Below are positions 23,970-36,264 of a DNA stretch of 64,000 nucleotides, in pieces (the first letter of the stretch is position 1; the number at the start of each line of letters is the position of its first letter). Below the pieces are notes generated by a model that worked only from the letters and a program-made list of their open reading frames with translations, had not been told where the DNA came from and did no database searches. The translations under genes and the position numbers were made by a program. The stretch comes from Eukaryota sp. GEM-RC1 (taxonomy: Eukaryota), in contig JAUFOQ010000013.1 of NCBI GenBank assembly GCA_040285855.1, positions 868,001 through 932,000 of the forward strand. Direction: 5' to 3'.

Positions 23970-25784
23970 TCAGAGTTCTTGCTCGTCTTTTACACTTTCC
24001 ACAACTTGAGTGTAGTCATCGACACAATGGTCCAATCCAGCTCCGTTTATATTGAGGAGAGTAAGTAGATAACAAACCAGGGGATTTCTAAACCCATTTT
24101 CACCAAACTTTTCCCTGAAATCTAGGCACTCCTGGAAAGTGTAGAAAGCTTCTTCCAAGTCTTTATGTCCGCAGTTCGATCGTCTGTCCCAATTATGCTT
24201 TTCACTATTAGACTTGGTGTCAAATTCACCTCTTTTGTTCACAGAAAACTTCTTGCTAGTAGGATCAAAGTTTACAAAGTGAAGACAACAGTCCTCAGCT
24301 GAGAAATCACGCACATCCCCTACTAAATGTTGTTGGTCAGGATGTTTGACATTTATATCTTCAACCAATTGGAGAAGTCGTGATGCATTTTGAGTATTTA
24401 CCACAATTCGAACTTCTTCTAAAGGGTTTCCAAATTCAGCAAGGATTGGAAAGTGTTGGACAAGTTCTTGAAAGATCCCAAACTCTCTATATTCCAAATT
24501 TGTCGGTTTTGGAGAGGAAAAGATCAGAATCTTACAAATTTCAGAATTCTCAACACGTTTTTGATATTCGTCTATTACTGCAATCACATCATCATTGTAG
24601 TCACTTGATTGTGATACAGACAGACACCATTCAAGCCATTCAGACGGAATTTGATGAATTTCTGCAGAGAACTTTGAAAAACACGTAACGGAAAACTGAA
24701 GAAGGAAATCTACAAACCAAGTTTCCTTCAACAAAGGTTTAACAAACACTGAAAATATCTTGTTAATGAAGGCTTGTTCAATAAAAGGATCCGTGAACAG
24801 CTTTATCTGAGACGATGTCCACGTGATTTTGTTAGGATTTGCCTTGAAAAACATCACCAAACATTTGATTCTCCATGTGAGGTCAACTTGTGTAAACTTA
24901 AGCAAAGTTAATGGCCGGATAGCCACAGCATCTAGACTGACATCAGACTGAGCAAGGGTTTGAAGAGCAGGAGTTAACAACTCTAACAATTTTGAATTAT
25001 CTTCTTTATCCGCTCTTTCTAGCAAACTTAACACCCAGTCAGAATTGATAGAATTTTCAAGAATAACTTTTTTAACTCTGTCAGACAATGACTTAAAGTA
25101 CATAACATCAGCCAAGTGAAGAAGATCATAGGCATTTTCGAGATTGATGAGCAGCTCTTGACCATACAGAGAAGAGATGAGTGCCTCAAGATTAGGAGGT
25201 TGGATGGTTGTTGGAGTGAAGTTAGCAACAAGATCATACTCATTGATGTCTGTTTCATTGTTCCATAACTTTGTGAAGAAATTGCAGTGATATCCTAATA
25301 GAAACTTGTGTACGTGAAGCTTGGTTCCATTGAAAGATAAGAAATAGTCACAGAACTCTTTTTGAGCATATATGGAGCTTAGAATAGTCTCTGTGTCTAG
25401 AGAAAGAGAAAGAGCTGAAGAATTAGAAATGTTCTCATTAAAGGAGGAGCATGTGGCTATCAGATCTTGTATTTCAAAGAATTCAGCAAGACTGGTCCAA
25501 TCGGGAAGAGTTTCGGATGTTATGTGGACTTCATTACCATAGAAGTATTCGAAAAACTGGTTCAATCCAGCAGGATTTGTTTGAATCTGGCTTGAGAAGT
25601 CAAGGTGCTGCACACGACTGATGTGTTGTTCCTTGGAGAACATTGATGAAAAACGGGAAGATGAGTGAGCGAGAATTGCTCTGTGAAGCTTGAATTGACT
25701 ATCACGGATAGTGACGATCACATCGTGTAGGAAACCCTGCTCATATAATGTTGGGAGACTCGTAGTTGGAGCACGGAAAGACAT
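23970..25784 (-). CDS. Tandem BTB/POZ-domain protein
   Basis: DVIVTI..FKLHRAILAHSSSRF..FFEYFYG, and a second unit DYFLSF..LHVHKFLLGYHCNFF..SLYG. Confidence 0.85.
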   Translation of the reverse strand: MSFRAPTTSLPTLYEQGFLHDVIVTIRDSQFKLHRAILAHSSSRFSSMFSKEQHISRVQHLDFSSQIQTNPAGLNQFFEYFYGNEVHITSETLPDWTSLAEFFEIQDLIATCSSFNENISNSSALSLSLDTETILSSIYAQKEFCDYFLSFNGTKLHVHKFLLGYHCNFFTKLWNNETDINEYDLVANFTPTTIQPPNLEALISSLYGQELLINLENAYDLLHLADVMYFKSLSDRVKKVILENSINSDWVLSLLERADKEDNSKLLELLTPALQTLAQSDVSLDAVAIRPLTLLKFTQVDLTWRIKCLVMFFKANPNKITWTSSQIKLFTDPFIEQAFINKIFSVFVKPLLKETWFVDFLLQFSVTCFSKFSAEIHQIPSEWLEWCLSVSQSSDYNDDVIAVIDEYQKRVENSEICKILIFSSPKPTNLEYREFGIFQELVQHFPILAEFGNPLEEVRIVVNTQNASRLLQLVEDINVKHPDQQHLVGDVRDFSAEDCCLHFVNFDPTSKKFSVNKRGEFDTKSNSEKHNWDRRSNCGHKDLEEAFYTFQECLDFREKFGENGFRNPLVCYLLTLLNINGAGLDHCVDDYTQVVESVKDEQEL

Positions 25785-26003
25785 TGGAGATCGATCGAAG
25801 GCACTTTTACAATTTGTACAGAATTTTTTGCCTTTCTCGCTTCTAAATAAAACACATGTTGTATTTCATAACACTGATATTGTGGCCATCATTATAGTTC
25901 TAATATGGGTTGAACCTTGTTGTTGCTGAGAGCATCAACAAACAGATGCACTGTTTGTTGAATAGCGGGCTGTTGTTCGAACATGTATTTTGCTGTTTAT
26001 ACT

Positions 26004-26710
26004 CAGGGGTACTCAAAATTGAATTGGCAATTAATTGGTTCTCAAATTATGGAAACAATTAATATTGCAATTAGTGCAATTAATTGGCAATTAATTGACC
26101 AATTAATCAGTTATTGTTTATGAAACAAAATCGTAAATTATAATACTAAATTCTAAATACAATCGTATTCCGCATACAAATTTGCTTCGCCAATCTTCGT
26201 TAAAACTTCCCTTCCCACAAAAAAGGCATTTTGTACCCCTCTTTTATTATCCTTAAGAGAATGTCTGCTGACAGAAATCGATCGCTTTCCGTCTGTCTCA
26301 CCATTATCAACATTAACAGCATTGCTTTGAGAGCCATTGTTTGACACTTTAACCGTTGAAAAGTTTTCAGTTATGTTTGTGGAGTCTTGGTATTGCTATA
26401 TAAATTTGTTAATTGAAATACGTAAATCAAAAAAGATTTCACTTCTTCTGAATCGTCTTATGTAGACACACTTTATGAGATTTCGATAACAAAGTTTTTG
26501 TTCAAACACATTTTTTAAAGCTAGATTGATTACTTTTGGCATTTCAATAATTGTTCTGCACCATATTCATGACAAACTGATTAGACCAATAACTGGATAA
26601 TTGGTCAATTAATTGCCAATTAATTGGTGGGGTATGACGATCGACCAATTAATATTGCAATTAATTGATTGGCAATAACTGAATTGGCAATTCAATTTTG
26701 AGTACCCCTG
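26004..26710. mobile_element. hAT-type MITE with subterminal CAATTAATTG arrays
   Basis: TIRs CAGGGGTACTCAAAATTGAATTG. Perfect 8-bp TSD tttatact (25996-26003, 26711-26718). Confidence 0.92.
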
Positions 26711-27243
26711 TTTATACTGAACAAATGAGTTTATGTTCTGTAACAACTGCAAGGTAGAAATAATTAATTTAAGAGAAATTTTCATAAAACAAAGTTTATT
26801 AAACATGAGTTACAAAAACAAAGTTTATCCATGTCGAACCTTGAGTATACATACGAAAGCGTTTTTCCAAATACATCGTTTACTATGCAAATCACAGTTA
26901 AGAGCCTTAAAAGTGCAACAACAGTCTTTTTCAAGAAGGACAACACATTCGATTCTCGACTCTCCCTGCAAACAGCAGTTTACTATTATGCCTTACAAGT
27001 AGACAAAGAGATTACTTGCAATCTTGCAACAAACCGCAACCAATACATTATAGAAAGAACCCCAACAATCCTACAAAGATGAATAAAAATTGTATATTAA
27101 AGTAAGCACGTGATGAATATGAATTAAATTCTTTTGATGTATCAATCTACGTCCGTTTACGAAAAAGTGCATACTATTATTTAATCGATTTCGGGAAAAT
27201 GGTAAAAATATAGAATGCATATACGCTTTGATCATATCTTATA

Positions 27244-28315
27244 CAGTCAACACTGTTTATAGCGGGACTATATGTACCTACGCTATATAGAGTTTCACGC
27301 TATATAGAATAAACGCACTGTGCAGCTCCATCCTCAACAATAAGTGTTTATTTCAAGCAGATCTAGAAAGAGCAAAGTGTGCACCATCCAAATATCCATA
27401 TCGTGGACATAACTACATGGGATGGAGAAGGAAGATTGGACACGACCAGAATCTGGGTGGTAAATATTTTGAACGGAATTCAAGAAATGATCCAGATACG
27501 GAAGTTCCAGTGGAGTAACTTCATTCTGACCCTATTTGGACATGAAAGAGGGAAGAAAAGACATGATCATCTCGCTTAAACCTATGATGACACGATTCAT
27601 CTTCCAAGCAACCTGTTGTATCCCTTGTATCACCCTCCTCTCTGAGTAGATGAGTGATGAATCTCCAGAGATTATGAGAACGGATCTACCTCTTCCATCA
27701 CCCCTTCTATTTCCCTATCAATTTGGGTTTGTTCTTTGGCTTCATGGTAGTTCTGTATAGTTTCTTGTTGGTTCTTCCCATAAACACGATTCAATAAGGT
27801 TGTTTATCATAAATATATCTTCCGTCTACGTCTACGTTATAGCGTTGGTTTAGACCATGTGTTATGCTCTTTTAGGGAACTCTTTTGGAGAGTATGGAGG
27901 GTTGCTAGATAAAAAAGTTCTTGTGGTACGGCAATCAACATCCGACAGGGTTTTGATGGAGGAGTTACATTTGTCAGAAGCTGTAACACCAAAGATAATC
28001 TGAAATGAGCAAGATGTGAAAGGGATGATGTTGACGAGGCAGCTAAGACGGGGATGTCAGGGGTATCAAAGGAAATATGTCCGGTATATGTGAAGTCAAG
28101 AAAGAAGGTAATACAACTTCAAGTTGATGATCAAAAGATGTTATCAGAATGAACGCCAACAATACGACAGTTTATTACCAAAGAGAACTACTGATAGAGG
28201 CGACAGACAGGATGTCATATGGGAAAAAGGAGAGGAAAATGTCGGACCGTGAAAAGTGCACGCTATATAGAGTTTTACGCTATATAGAGTTTCACGCTAT
28301 AGACAGTTTTTACTG
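27244..28315. mobile_element. Non-autonomous Tc1/mariner-type element
   Basis: Imperfect TIRs CAGT(C/A)AA(C/A)ACTGT(T/C)TATAGCG, TA flanks, and subterminal ACGCTATATAGAGTTT repeats at both ends. No intact transposase ORF. Confidence 0.8.
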
Positions 28316-28561
28316 TAGTTGAATCATATCATTTTTTGTGTTGTTTAAATCAATTGCCCCTATTCATCTCCACAGCTTTTATAGTTGAGAGTTCTCAAGA
28401 CAATGCTGTTGTAAGACGTGATAGTGACATGTGTTGATTTAACGATTTCAAATTCTAGTTTTTTAGTATATTAAATCTACAAACATCATCAAAAGGTAAA
28501 ATAATACTAAAAAATGCATATAATGTACATGTGTTTACTTTTCTTTTCAAGAAGAATAAAA

Positions 28562-29679
28562 CTACCTCATAATTGGTTTTCCCATTACTCTATTCCATCG
28601 AACTCCTCCAGGAGAATCAACGACACTAGAATTCTTAACCTCAGTCACAAATGATTGACTTTCACCTTCCTGTTCATCATAATCAACTCCAAAGTTGACG
28701 TCAACCATTCTAACCAATCCATCACCAGTCCCAATTACGCAAAAGTCCACGTCATCAGTATCAATCGAGTAAACTGCTGATTTGAAGAAAAGGCGGCCCA
28801 AATGTTGGCCAGTTTCTATATCTATTAACAGACTACAATTAACTCCGGAACCTCCCACTATAGCAACAGAACCAGATGAAAGAAACCTTGCAGCATAGAT
28901 TAAGCAGTTATCAGTTTCTTTTTTGACATCAGACGTCACGTCATGGTCAACGTCCAGCTGTTTAACTAAAGTTCCATCAGATTGGTAAATCTCCAACTGG
29001 TCAGCATTCCTCCAAGAACCAATCAAAAGTCTGCCATTACGTGTTATGTTAAGAGAATCTCCGCAGCAATGAGGACCGTAGAAAGAACGGATGGCTGCGC
29101 CTGTTCTCATGTCCCAAGCTACGACGTTGTTGTCCCAGCCAGTAGAGAAGATGATAGAAGGATCAAGAGGGGAGAAGCGGATGGAAAAGATACGGTTGCT
29201 GTGGCCAATGATTGAGCGTCCAAGGCCTTTCTTAAAGAGGCAGACTAAGGACTTGGTTTGTTCATCGTACACTCGAACAGCGAGGTCTTTCCCGGCAGAA
29301 GCAAAAGTGTACCATCTTTGGAGTAGTCAACGGCGTAGATTTGGTTGTCTACTTCTTCTATTGAGTGAAGTAGTTGGCCAGAGGTGACATGCCAGTGATT
29401 TAGGAAACCGTCAGAGTGTCCGGAGAGTAGAACGTTTTTTGTGGATGATGAGGATGTACATGGTCTCCATTTGACAGCGGTTACAGGGAGAGTGATATCT
29501 GATTGACCATTGGAAGGAGGAACAAGTGTGTAGAGGATAGCAGCATCAGAGGTACTCAGGACAGCAATAGTTCCATCACCTAAGCCAGCAGCTACTAAAT
29601 TGGAGTTAGGAGAGATATGTAAAGCAAAGACTTCTGAAGGTAGTTTTGTTGAGCATCTATCAGAGAGTGATACAGGCAT
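28562..29679 (-). CDS. WD40-repeat protein; -1 shift near 29303-29306
   Basis: VTAVKWRP, GHSNRIFS..STGWDNNVVAWDMR. Adding one T restores DGTLFASAGKDLAVRVYDE. Confidence 0.9.
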
Positions 29680-30243
29680 TGTGTTGATGATGATTAGTTT
29701 TCTTTCCCAGAATCCAAAAATAGCATTTGTCTGTCTTTTTTGTAGTTAAAATAGGCAAAGATTGTTTACATATCTCATTTTGTGACTTCAAGTTGAACTT
29801 TGCCTAAATGTTATCAGTTTACGATTTTTTCATTTTGACAGTTCCTTTCAGTGATATATAGAAACAGTAGCAGTAAAAACGGCAGTGTAGGGCAAATGGT
29901 GTACAGTGTGATATGCTGTTGTTTTAGGCATCTATTCATAACGTAGAATCATTTATAACTAACATTTTGTTAATTGAAGATGAGTTACAGGGATCAATTG
30001 TAACAAAGTCGAAATATTTCTCGAGTGGACATCCAATCAATTGGAGTGTGCTCATCCACTATTGTTTTTCGAATGATCAATATTTTACATTTCAAAGATA
30101 ATCTACCGACAAAAATTTTATTCAAAACAGAATCTGGTTACTGATCGTAATTTTCAAATAAAGAGGAAATAAACAATCCCTCAAAAATGCTAAATTTCAT
30201 AAGTTATTTAATTATTGCAGAAATTTAAAAACTTCAAACAAAA

Positions 30244-32732
30244 TCACTGAAAGAACGTCCACAAGCGATTGACTTCAACTCTAGTATCAGCATCCAAAGA
30301 TCTACTTGGATTTACCTCTCTCATTGAAATGAACGAAAACCAATCAAAATCGAACATATCGTCAACACTTGCCAAATCTGATAACACTTGAGATATCAAT
30401 GACACCGTACACGAGAATTGATCTCTTGACAAAACAAGAATCTTCTTTAATCTGTTTAATCTTTCAGTTACTATTTGTTTCTCCTCAGTAGATTCTCTGA
30501 TAATTAAATCATTAATGCATAAAAAGAGAAACAAATGAATGCCATGTTCCACTTCCTGAAGTAATCTTGAGTGAATGTAGTGGTACTTCCCATTAGCAAA
30601 TTCAACGACTATTTGCTGGTAATTCTCCAGAATATTTAAAATATAGTCGAAAACCGACCAACAAACACCAGCACCAATTTTTTCAGAAATTTTAAAATAA
30701 ACCTTTCCCCAACGTTCTTTTCAGTAGCAATACCTCTAATCAAACTCTTGTACCTCCCAGTCATTGAAGCAACAACTTTATCCAAGGAAAGATTAGTTTC
30801 AAAGAAACAGCCTGACTGTAGACGGAAGTTAATCATTCTTTCAACAGTATCAGTAAGTGAATAAGACAAAGTACTGGGTTTAGCTAGACAACTTATTTTA
30901 AATTCATCAAAAAATTCTTTAACGTGGCTGGATATAGTATTAGGACCTTCTTGAATTAGGTAAATGGTCAAATATAGAGCTTTGATTGCAGGGATTTTGC
31001 AATCATTTGAGAAGCTTCCTAATCGGGAAATGATTAACTGACTGGGATTGAAATCTGATTCGTAGAGATCAATCACTATTCGACGAATATACTTACACTT
31101 AGGTTGAGTGACACTTTTGTCGATGATTTTGTTGATTGAAGCTTTTGTGGAACTTTCCTTATTCAAAGAGCTCAAAACTGACGTTGATAGGTCATAAAAA
31201 GAACGTGTGATTGATTTACGATAATCTTCGACCTCCACATGACCATCTGCTGACGATAGTTTCCCTTCTTGACTGATACTAACCTTCCTTTTTGGTTTAA
31301 CCTCAATCAAATCAGGTTCGTCATCGGAAGGTGGAGAAATCACAGCATGACAATCCTTTGCTGTAGAAGTAGATTCCATGAAGAAATCTTGAGAGAAAAA
31401 CAAAGGGACATTGGATTTAGGCTTAGGTTTGATTGCAGCTGGCTTGACTTCGGAAGACTTTTTGATTGAATCTTGTTGACTTGGAAAATCAAAGGATTCT
31501 TTTACAGGATCTGAATCTGTAAAAGAGAAATCAAAAAGATTGACAGTGGGACTCGGCGTGACAGCTGTTGAACTAAAGGCAGTTTTAAACTGGCTATCAA
31601 AATCATCAAAAGTGGAAGCTACCTCTTTAATTTCAGTCTGAGTGCCATCAAAGTCGAAACAATCGTCAAAACCACCAAAACTTTCAAATTTCTCAACAGT
31701 TTTGTCATCGGTAAAGGAAAACAAATCATCAGAATTTACCTTTGTTGTTGCACCTTTTGGCTGTTCTTGAGTGAAAAAACAATCTTGGGAATGTTTCGTC
31801 TCTTCATGAACCTTCTTAAAATCAAAAGAACTTCCAAAATCAAAAACTCCATCAGATTTGATTGATGATTCCACCTGCACTGGAGCAACTCCTTCAATTA
31901 ATCCAATCACATCAGCTGCCCTTAGACGTTTCCTATAATCCTTCTCCAAACAACCTCGAATCACGTCAAGAATCAATTTTGACCGGTCAACAGAAGTCTT
32001 TGGAATAGATAACGACTTATTCGTAATTGCCAACTTATTACTACCATCTCCAAAAGGAAAACATCCAAAAGCCAATATATAAACCAAAACTCCCAAAGCC
32101 CAAACATCAGATTTGTCATCAATAGGATCTCCCCTATAAATGTCTACCATTTCAGGAGATCTGTAAGCGGGAGTAGTGAACTTAGAGATCTCAGACTCAA
32201 TGACAAGACGTTGTTTACGGTCAGAGGGAAAGAGAGGTGTAGTTGAAGCAGAACCAAAGTCACATAGTTGATAGGAGGTATCATGTTTGAGAGTGTTTTC
32301 TAGTTTGACGTCTCTGTGGTAGATAGGCGGAGAGAGAGTATGAAGGTGATGTAGGGCCTTGGCAATGTGTAGAGTTATTGTCTGTAGTTGTGAGTTTGAG
32401 AAAGTATGAGGGGATATTTCACAGATATCAGGAAGAGGTGAACATAGAGGAAATAGAAGGTTGTATTCAATGGGATGAGCACGTTTGTTGACGATATGAT
32501 CTGAAAGAGAAGTGATGTTTGGGTGCTGGCCAAGTTGGGTTAGAAGTGCTAGCTCACGATCAAAGAGCTCCTTGCGAGTTGTGTCATGTGCAACCATTAC
32601 CTTCAAGGCAAAGTTTTTACCAGAAGATGCGTGAGATACTTTGTAGACAGAAGCGAATGCTCCATGTCCAATTTTGTTTAAGATGTTGTAGGAACCTTTA
32701 CGCAATGAAACAGACATTTTAGAAGGGATCAT
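30244..32732 (-). CDS. NAK-family (AAK1/GAK/Ark1-like) Ser/Thr kinase with Phe/Asp-rich linker and helical C-terminal domain; -1 shift near 30703
   Basis: GHGAFASV, HRDVKLEN, LCDFGSAS, TTPAYRSPEMVD and KSDVWALG motifs; many FDF/FDDF motifs. The frame continues into ORF 30244-30552. Confidence 0.88.
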
Positions 32733-32861
32733 TAATGGAATTCATTCTCATTCATCACAAATATGACCAACACAGAATATGGTGACAACTAGCACTATTG
32801 ACTGGTTACAAATGTCTCAGAAAACAATCCTCTAGATTCAACTAATGATCAAAAACAAAAA

Positions 32862-32935
32862 TGCCATCCCATGGATTTGAACCACGGACCTTACGATCTT
32901 CAGTCGTACGCTCTAACCATCTGAGCTAGGACGGC
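32862..32935 (-). tRNA. tRNA-Phe(GAA)
   Basis: Reverse complement reads GCCGTCC..GCTC..GAGC G TACGA-CTGAAGA-TCGTA..CGTGG-TTCAAAT-CCATG GGATGGC A. Confidence 0.95.
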
Positions 32936-34103
32936 ATCTGAAATTGTTTTCCTGAAAATAGTGGCTGTAAACATTTTGAGCCGATCCATTTAAGCTCTTT
33001 CGCAGAAACTTTTTAGAATAACAAAACATCCTGCTAGTAAACATGAAGATGGGCTTCTCCAATATACTATAAGTGCGTCTGAATGTCTCACAATGATGAA
33101 CATATCATTCTTCACTAAGTGTAGTCTTGTTACTCAAACTTTCCTTTCTGTCGACCGAGAGATGTGGGAAATTAGTTCAACATACAAGGTCGCAAATTTG
33201 CAAGTGGTGGTATTAGAAGAACCCAATTGATGATCATGTGTGATGTGCTTGCTTATAAGTTGTCAAATTACATGTCACGACTTGGACATTCAAGGTTTAC
33301 CTAAACTGCTATGTCGAATTTAATCGCATATTATTATGATGATTTGTAAAAGCGTTAAACTTCATTTTGCAAATTCATTAATATGTCCTTGTTTACGTTC
33401 AACTGAGTGGTCTTAACGACATAACATTTTGAAATTCATTGATGTTATAGTTCCAAATCATACTGTTGATGTCCTTTGTTCAGGGACTAAAATTAAGTTG
33501 CTTAATAGAAAAAGATGTTGTTTAAAGAAAAGACTAAAAAAAAGATGGTTCTAGATGAAAAACATATCTAACAACCAATGTAGAGGTTAATGAGGAACTA
33601 CTGTTTTTCTATCATGATTCATTAGCACTTGTTAACAAATTATACCATAGAAAACAAACATCGTTACCAATAGAATAACCGGTAAAATCATTAGAATAAT
33701 TGTTGATAGTACAGTCGTAACAATTAATGTAGTGAAACTCCATAATTCGTACGTCCATATATTCTCGTTAAAAACAGTTCTGAATGTGGTAGAATTTCAG
33801 ATCGAAACATTCTTTTTTTTCAGTTCTTTCTGTGTATTAATCATTCATGAGATTCACGTGATAGAACTTTGATACTAGCCGCAGGGAAAAGATTCCAAGT
33901 GATTGACTGGTAAAGAGCCAATTGGTTTTTGGAATACAATGGCAATATTGATAATTGTCAGATGTGTTAAAGAATCGAAAACATGTGTAGTAAATTTCCC
34001 AGAGGTTGATCGTATATACAGATAATACAAGAAGACTACATACTGAAGGGGATGATTGAAGAAGTAAACGTCATCAATTGACAAGTACGTAAACAAAAGA
34101 GAA

Positions 34104-36140
34104 TTAGAACGTGATCCGATGATTTGAGATTCTTTTGATGAGTTGTTTAGTCTCAGAGTCAATAGAGTTACCCCAAAGATAAATCTCAGTAACAGTGGAA
34201 TTCACCTTCAAAGCTTCAGCCAATGCAATGGCAGCTTCATTACCAATAGAGTTACGCCAAAGGTCAATCCGAGTAACAGTGGAATTCACCTTCAAAGCAT
34301 CAGCCAATGCAATAGCACCTTCAGTACCAATAGAGTTTTCCCCAAGATTAATCTCAGTAACAGTGGAATTGACCTTCAAAGCATCAGCCAATGCAATGGT
34401 ACCTTCATTACCAATAGAGTTACCCCAAAGATAAATCTGAGTAACAGTGGAATTGACCTTCAAAGCATCAGCCAATGCAATTGCACCTTCATTACCAATA
34501 GAGTTACCCCGAAGATCAATCCGAGTGACAGTGGAATTGACCTTCAAAGCATCAGCCAATGCAATGGCACCTTCATTACCAATAGAGTTACCCCGAAGAT
34601 CAATCCGAGTGACAGTGGAATTGACCTTCAAAGCATCAGCCAATGCAATGGCACCTTCATTACCAATATGGTCATCCTTACGAATCCAATGATGGTTATT
34701 CAGTCTAACCTCTCTAGCTGAACCATTCCTCATTTCTTCCAAAACTTTCCTCAATCTGGGTTTCAACTTACTCAAACCAATCTCATAATTACTATTAAGT
34801 TCCCTTTTTAAAGGTATTTCTTGTTGTAATTTCTTTTTTGGCTTTGGAATTAAACCTTGAGAACTTCCAAAAGAAGGTGCAATAGATTTGTGCGAATTTT
34901 GATTATTAGGAGAGTTGCATTGTAAAATTGCCGATTTGAGATGTTGAATTTCTTCTCTTAATGATTGATTGTCAACTTCCAAATTTAAAATTTGTTGGTT
35001 AGAAGACTTTTCCCTGTCGTGAAGCTCATTGTTTAGAGTAGATAAACTTTGAATTTGATTGAAAAGTTCAGAATTTTGACGTTTCAAGTTCAAAACTTCA
35101 TCACTGAGTTCATCAACTTTAGTTTTCAAAGATTGATTTTCTTCAATCAAAAATGATTGGTCATTAATAACACCACCAGCTTCCAAAACATCCAAAGTAT
35201 ATAAAATATCAGTGATTTCATTAATTTGAGGTCGTAATGATGGATCTGGATTTAAACACTTCATTATTATCTCTTTCAAACATTCTGGTGTTGAATCATC
35301 AAAAGGTAATGGTTTGCCTTGAACTTTTGCTCCAACAATCTGCATCATTGAATAACCAGCAAAAGCTTCTCGCCCAGTTAAAAGTTCATATAGTATTAAT
35401 CCAAGTGAATAAATATCACTAAAGGGACTAGCATTTGATTCAAACTGCTCAGGGGCAGCATACTTGGGACTCATGGCATTTGCTCTAGTCACTAGAGTTG
35501 TGGCGGCGAGGTTCTTGGAAGTGCCAAAATCCGCAACTCTTACATGGTCGTCAACCAAAAGGACATTGGCAGGCTTCAAGTCTCCATGTACAACAGACTT
35601 GAGATGGAGGAACTTCACTGCCTGGCAAAGTTCTTTAGCGTACCTAACAGTAGTTGGAGAGAGAAGACTTGGGCAGGGGGAGGGAGAAGAAGCTAATTCC
35701 ATGACGATACCAATGGAATCAGCAAAGAAGGTGGTACCAAACACACGTAGAACAGCAGGATGATTGAGATTGAAGAGAAGATTCATTTCTCTCTGGAGTT
35801 CTATGCGTCCTTTCTCTGTGAGGGAGACCATCTTGATGGCGACAGAGAGATCGAACCATTTGGCGGAGTAAACGTCAGCAAAACCTCCCTCCGCGATCTT
35901 ATCTCCGAGAACGATTTGATCTGAGGGGATTTGTGGACAGAGTTCACCATCGCGAGATGCCTTGACCAGGTCCTGTAGCGCATAGTTTACTTTCCTATCT
36001 TCAAGACAATCGCTACGACAAAGGGGACATTGATTCAAGGACTCTGAACATTCAGAGCAACAGGTATGTCCTTCAGAGCAGATTAGGAGGGGAACACGGT
36101 TAGAGAGATTAAACGATTCACAACAAACGAAGCAGTCCAT
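34104..36140 (-). CDS. RING finger-protein kinase (TKL-like)-coiled coil-LRR protein, copy 2 (intact, 678 aa)
   Basis: CFVC..CSEGHTCCSEC..CPLCR; IAEGGFADV, HGDLKPANVL, DFG, YAAPE; heptad region; 28-aa LRR units. First ATG at 36140. Confidence 0.93.
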   Translation of the reverse strand: MDCFVCCESFNLSNRVPLLICSEGHTCCSECSESLNQCPLCRSDCLEDRKVNYALQDLVKASRDGELCPQIPSDQIVLGDKIAEGGFADVYSAKWFDLSVAIKMVSLTEKGRIELQREMNLLFNLNHPAVLRVFGTTFFADSIGIVMELASSPSPCPSLLSPTTVRYAKELCQAVKFLHLKSVVHGDLKPANVLLVDDHVRVADFGTSKNLAATTLVTRANAMSPKYAAPEQFESNASPFSDIYSLGLILYELLTGREAFAGYSMMQIVGAKVQGKPLPFDDSTPECLKEIIMKCLNPDPSLRPQINEITDILYTLDVLEAGGVINDQSFLIEENQSLKTKVDELSDEVLNLKRQNSELFNQIQSLSTLNNELHDREKSSNQQILNLEVDNQSLREEIQHLKSAILQCNSPNNQNSHKSIAPSFGSSQGLIPKPKKKLQQEIPLKRELNSNYEIGLSKLKPRLRKVLEEMRNGSAREVRLNNHHWIRKDDHIGNEGAIALADALKVNSTVTRIDLRGNSIGNEGAIALADALKVNSTVTRIDLRGNSIGNEGAIALADALKVNSTVTQIYLWGNSIGNEGTIALADALKVNSTVTEINLGENSIGTEGAIALADALKVNSTVTRIDLWRNSIGNEAAIALAEALKVNSTVTEIYLWGNSIDSETKQLIKRISNHRITF

Positions 36141-36264
36141 GTTGAGAAGTGATTTAATTTCAATTTTGGACAACTCTCTCAGGTCTTTGTTAAAAAAGAA
36201 GTTCTCATACAATTTTAGCTCTGATCTTGGTAAGAAGGCCAGAGTTGGTTTATTCGAACTACAT

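Noticed and set aside
34143..34721. Antisense ORFs over the LRR arrays (also 44709-45053, 60089-60607)
   Set aside because: Shadow frames that stay open because the repeat unit lacks stops on that strand; no independent evidence.
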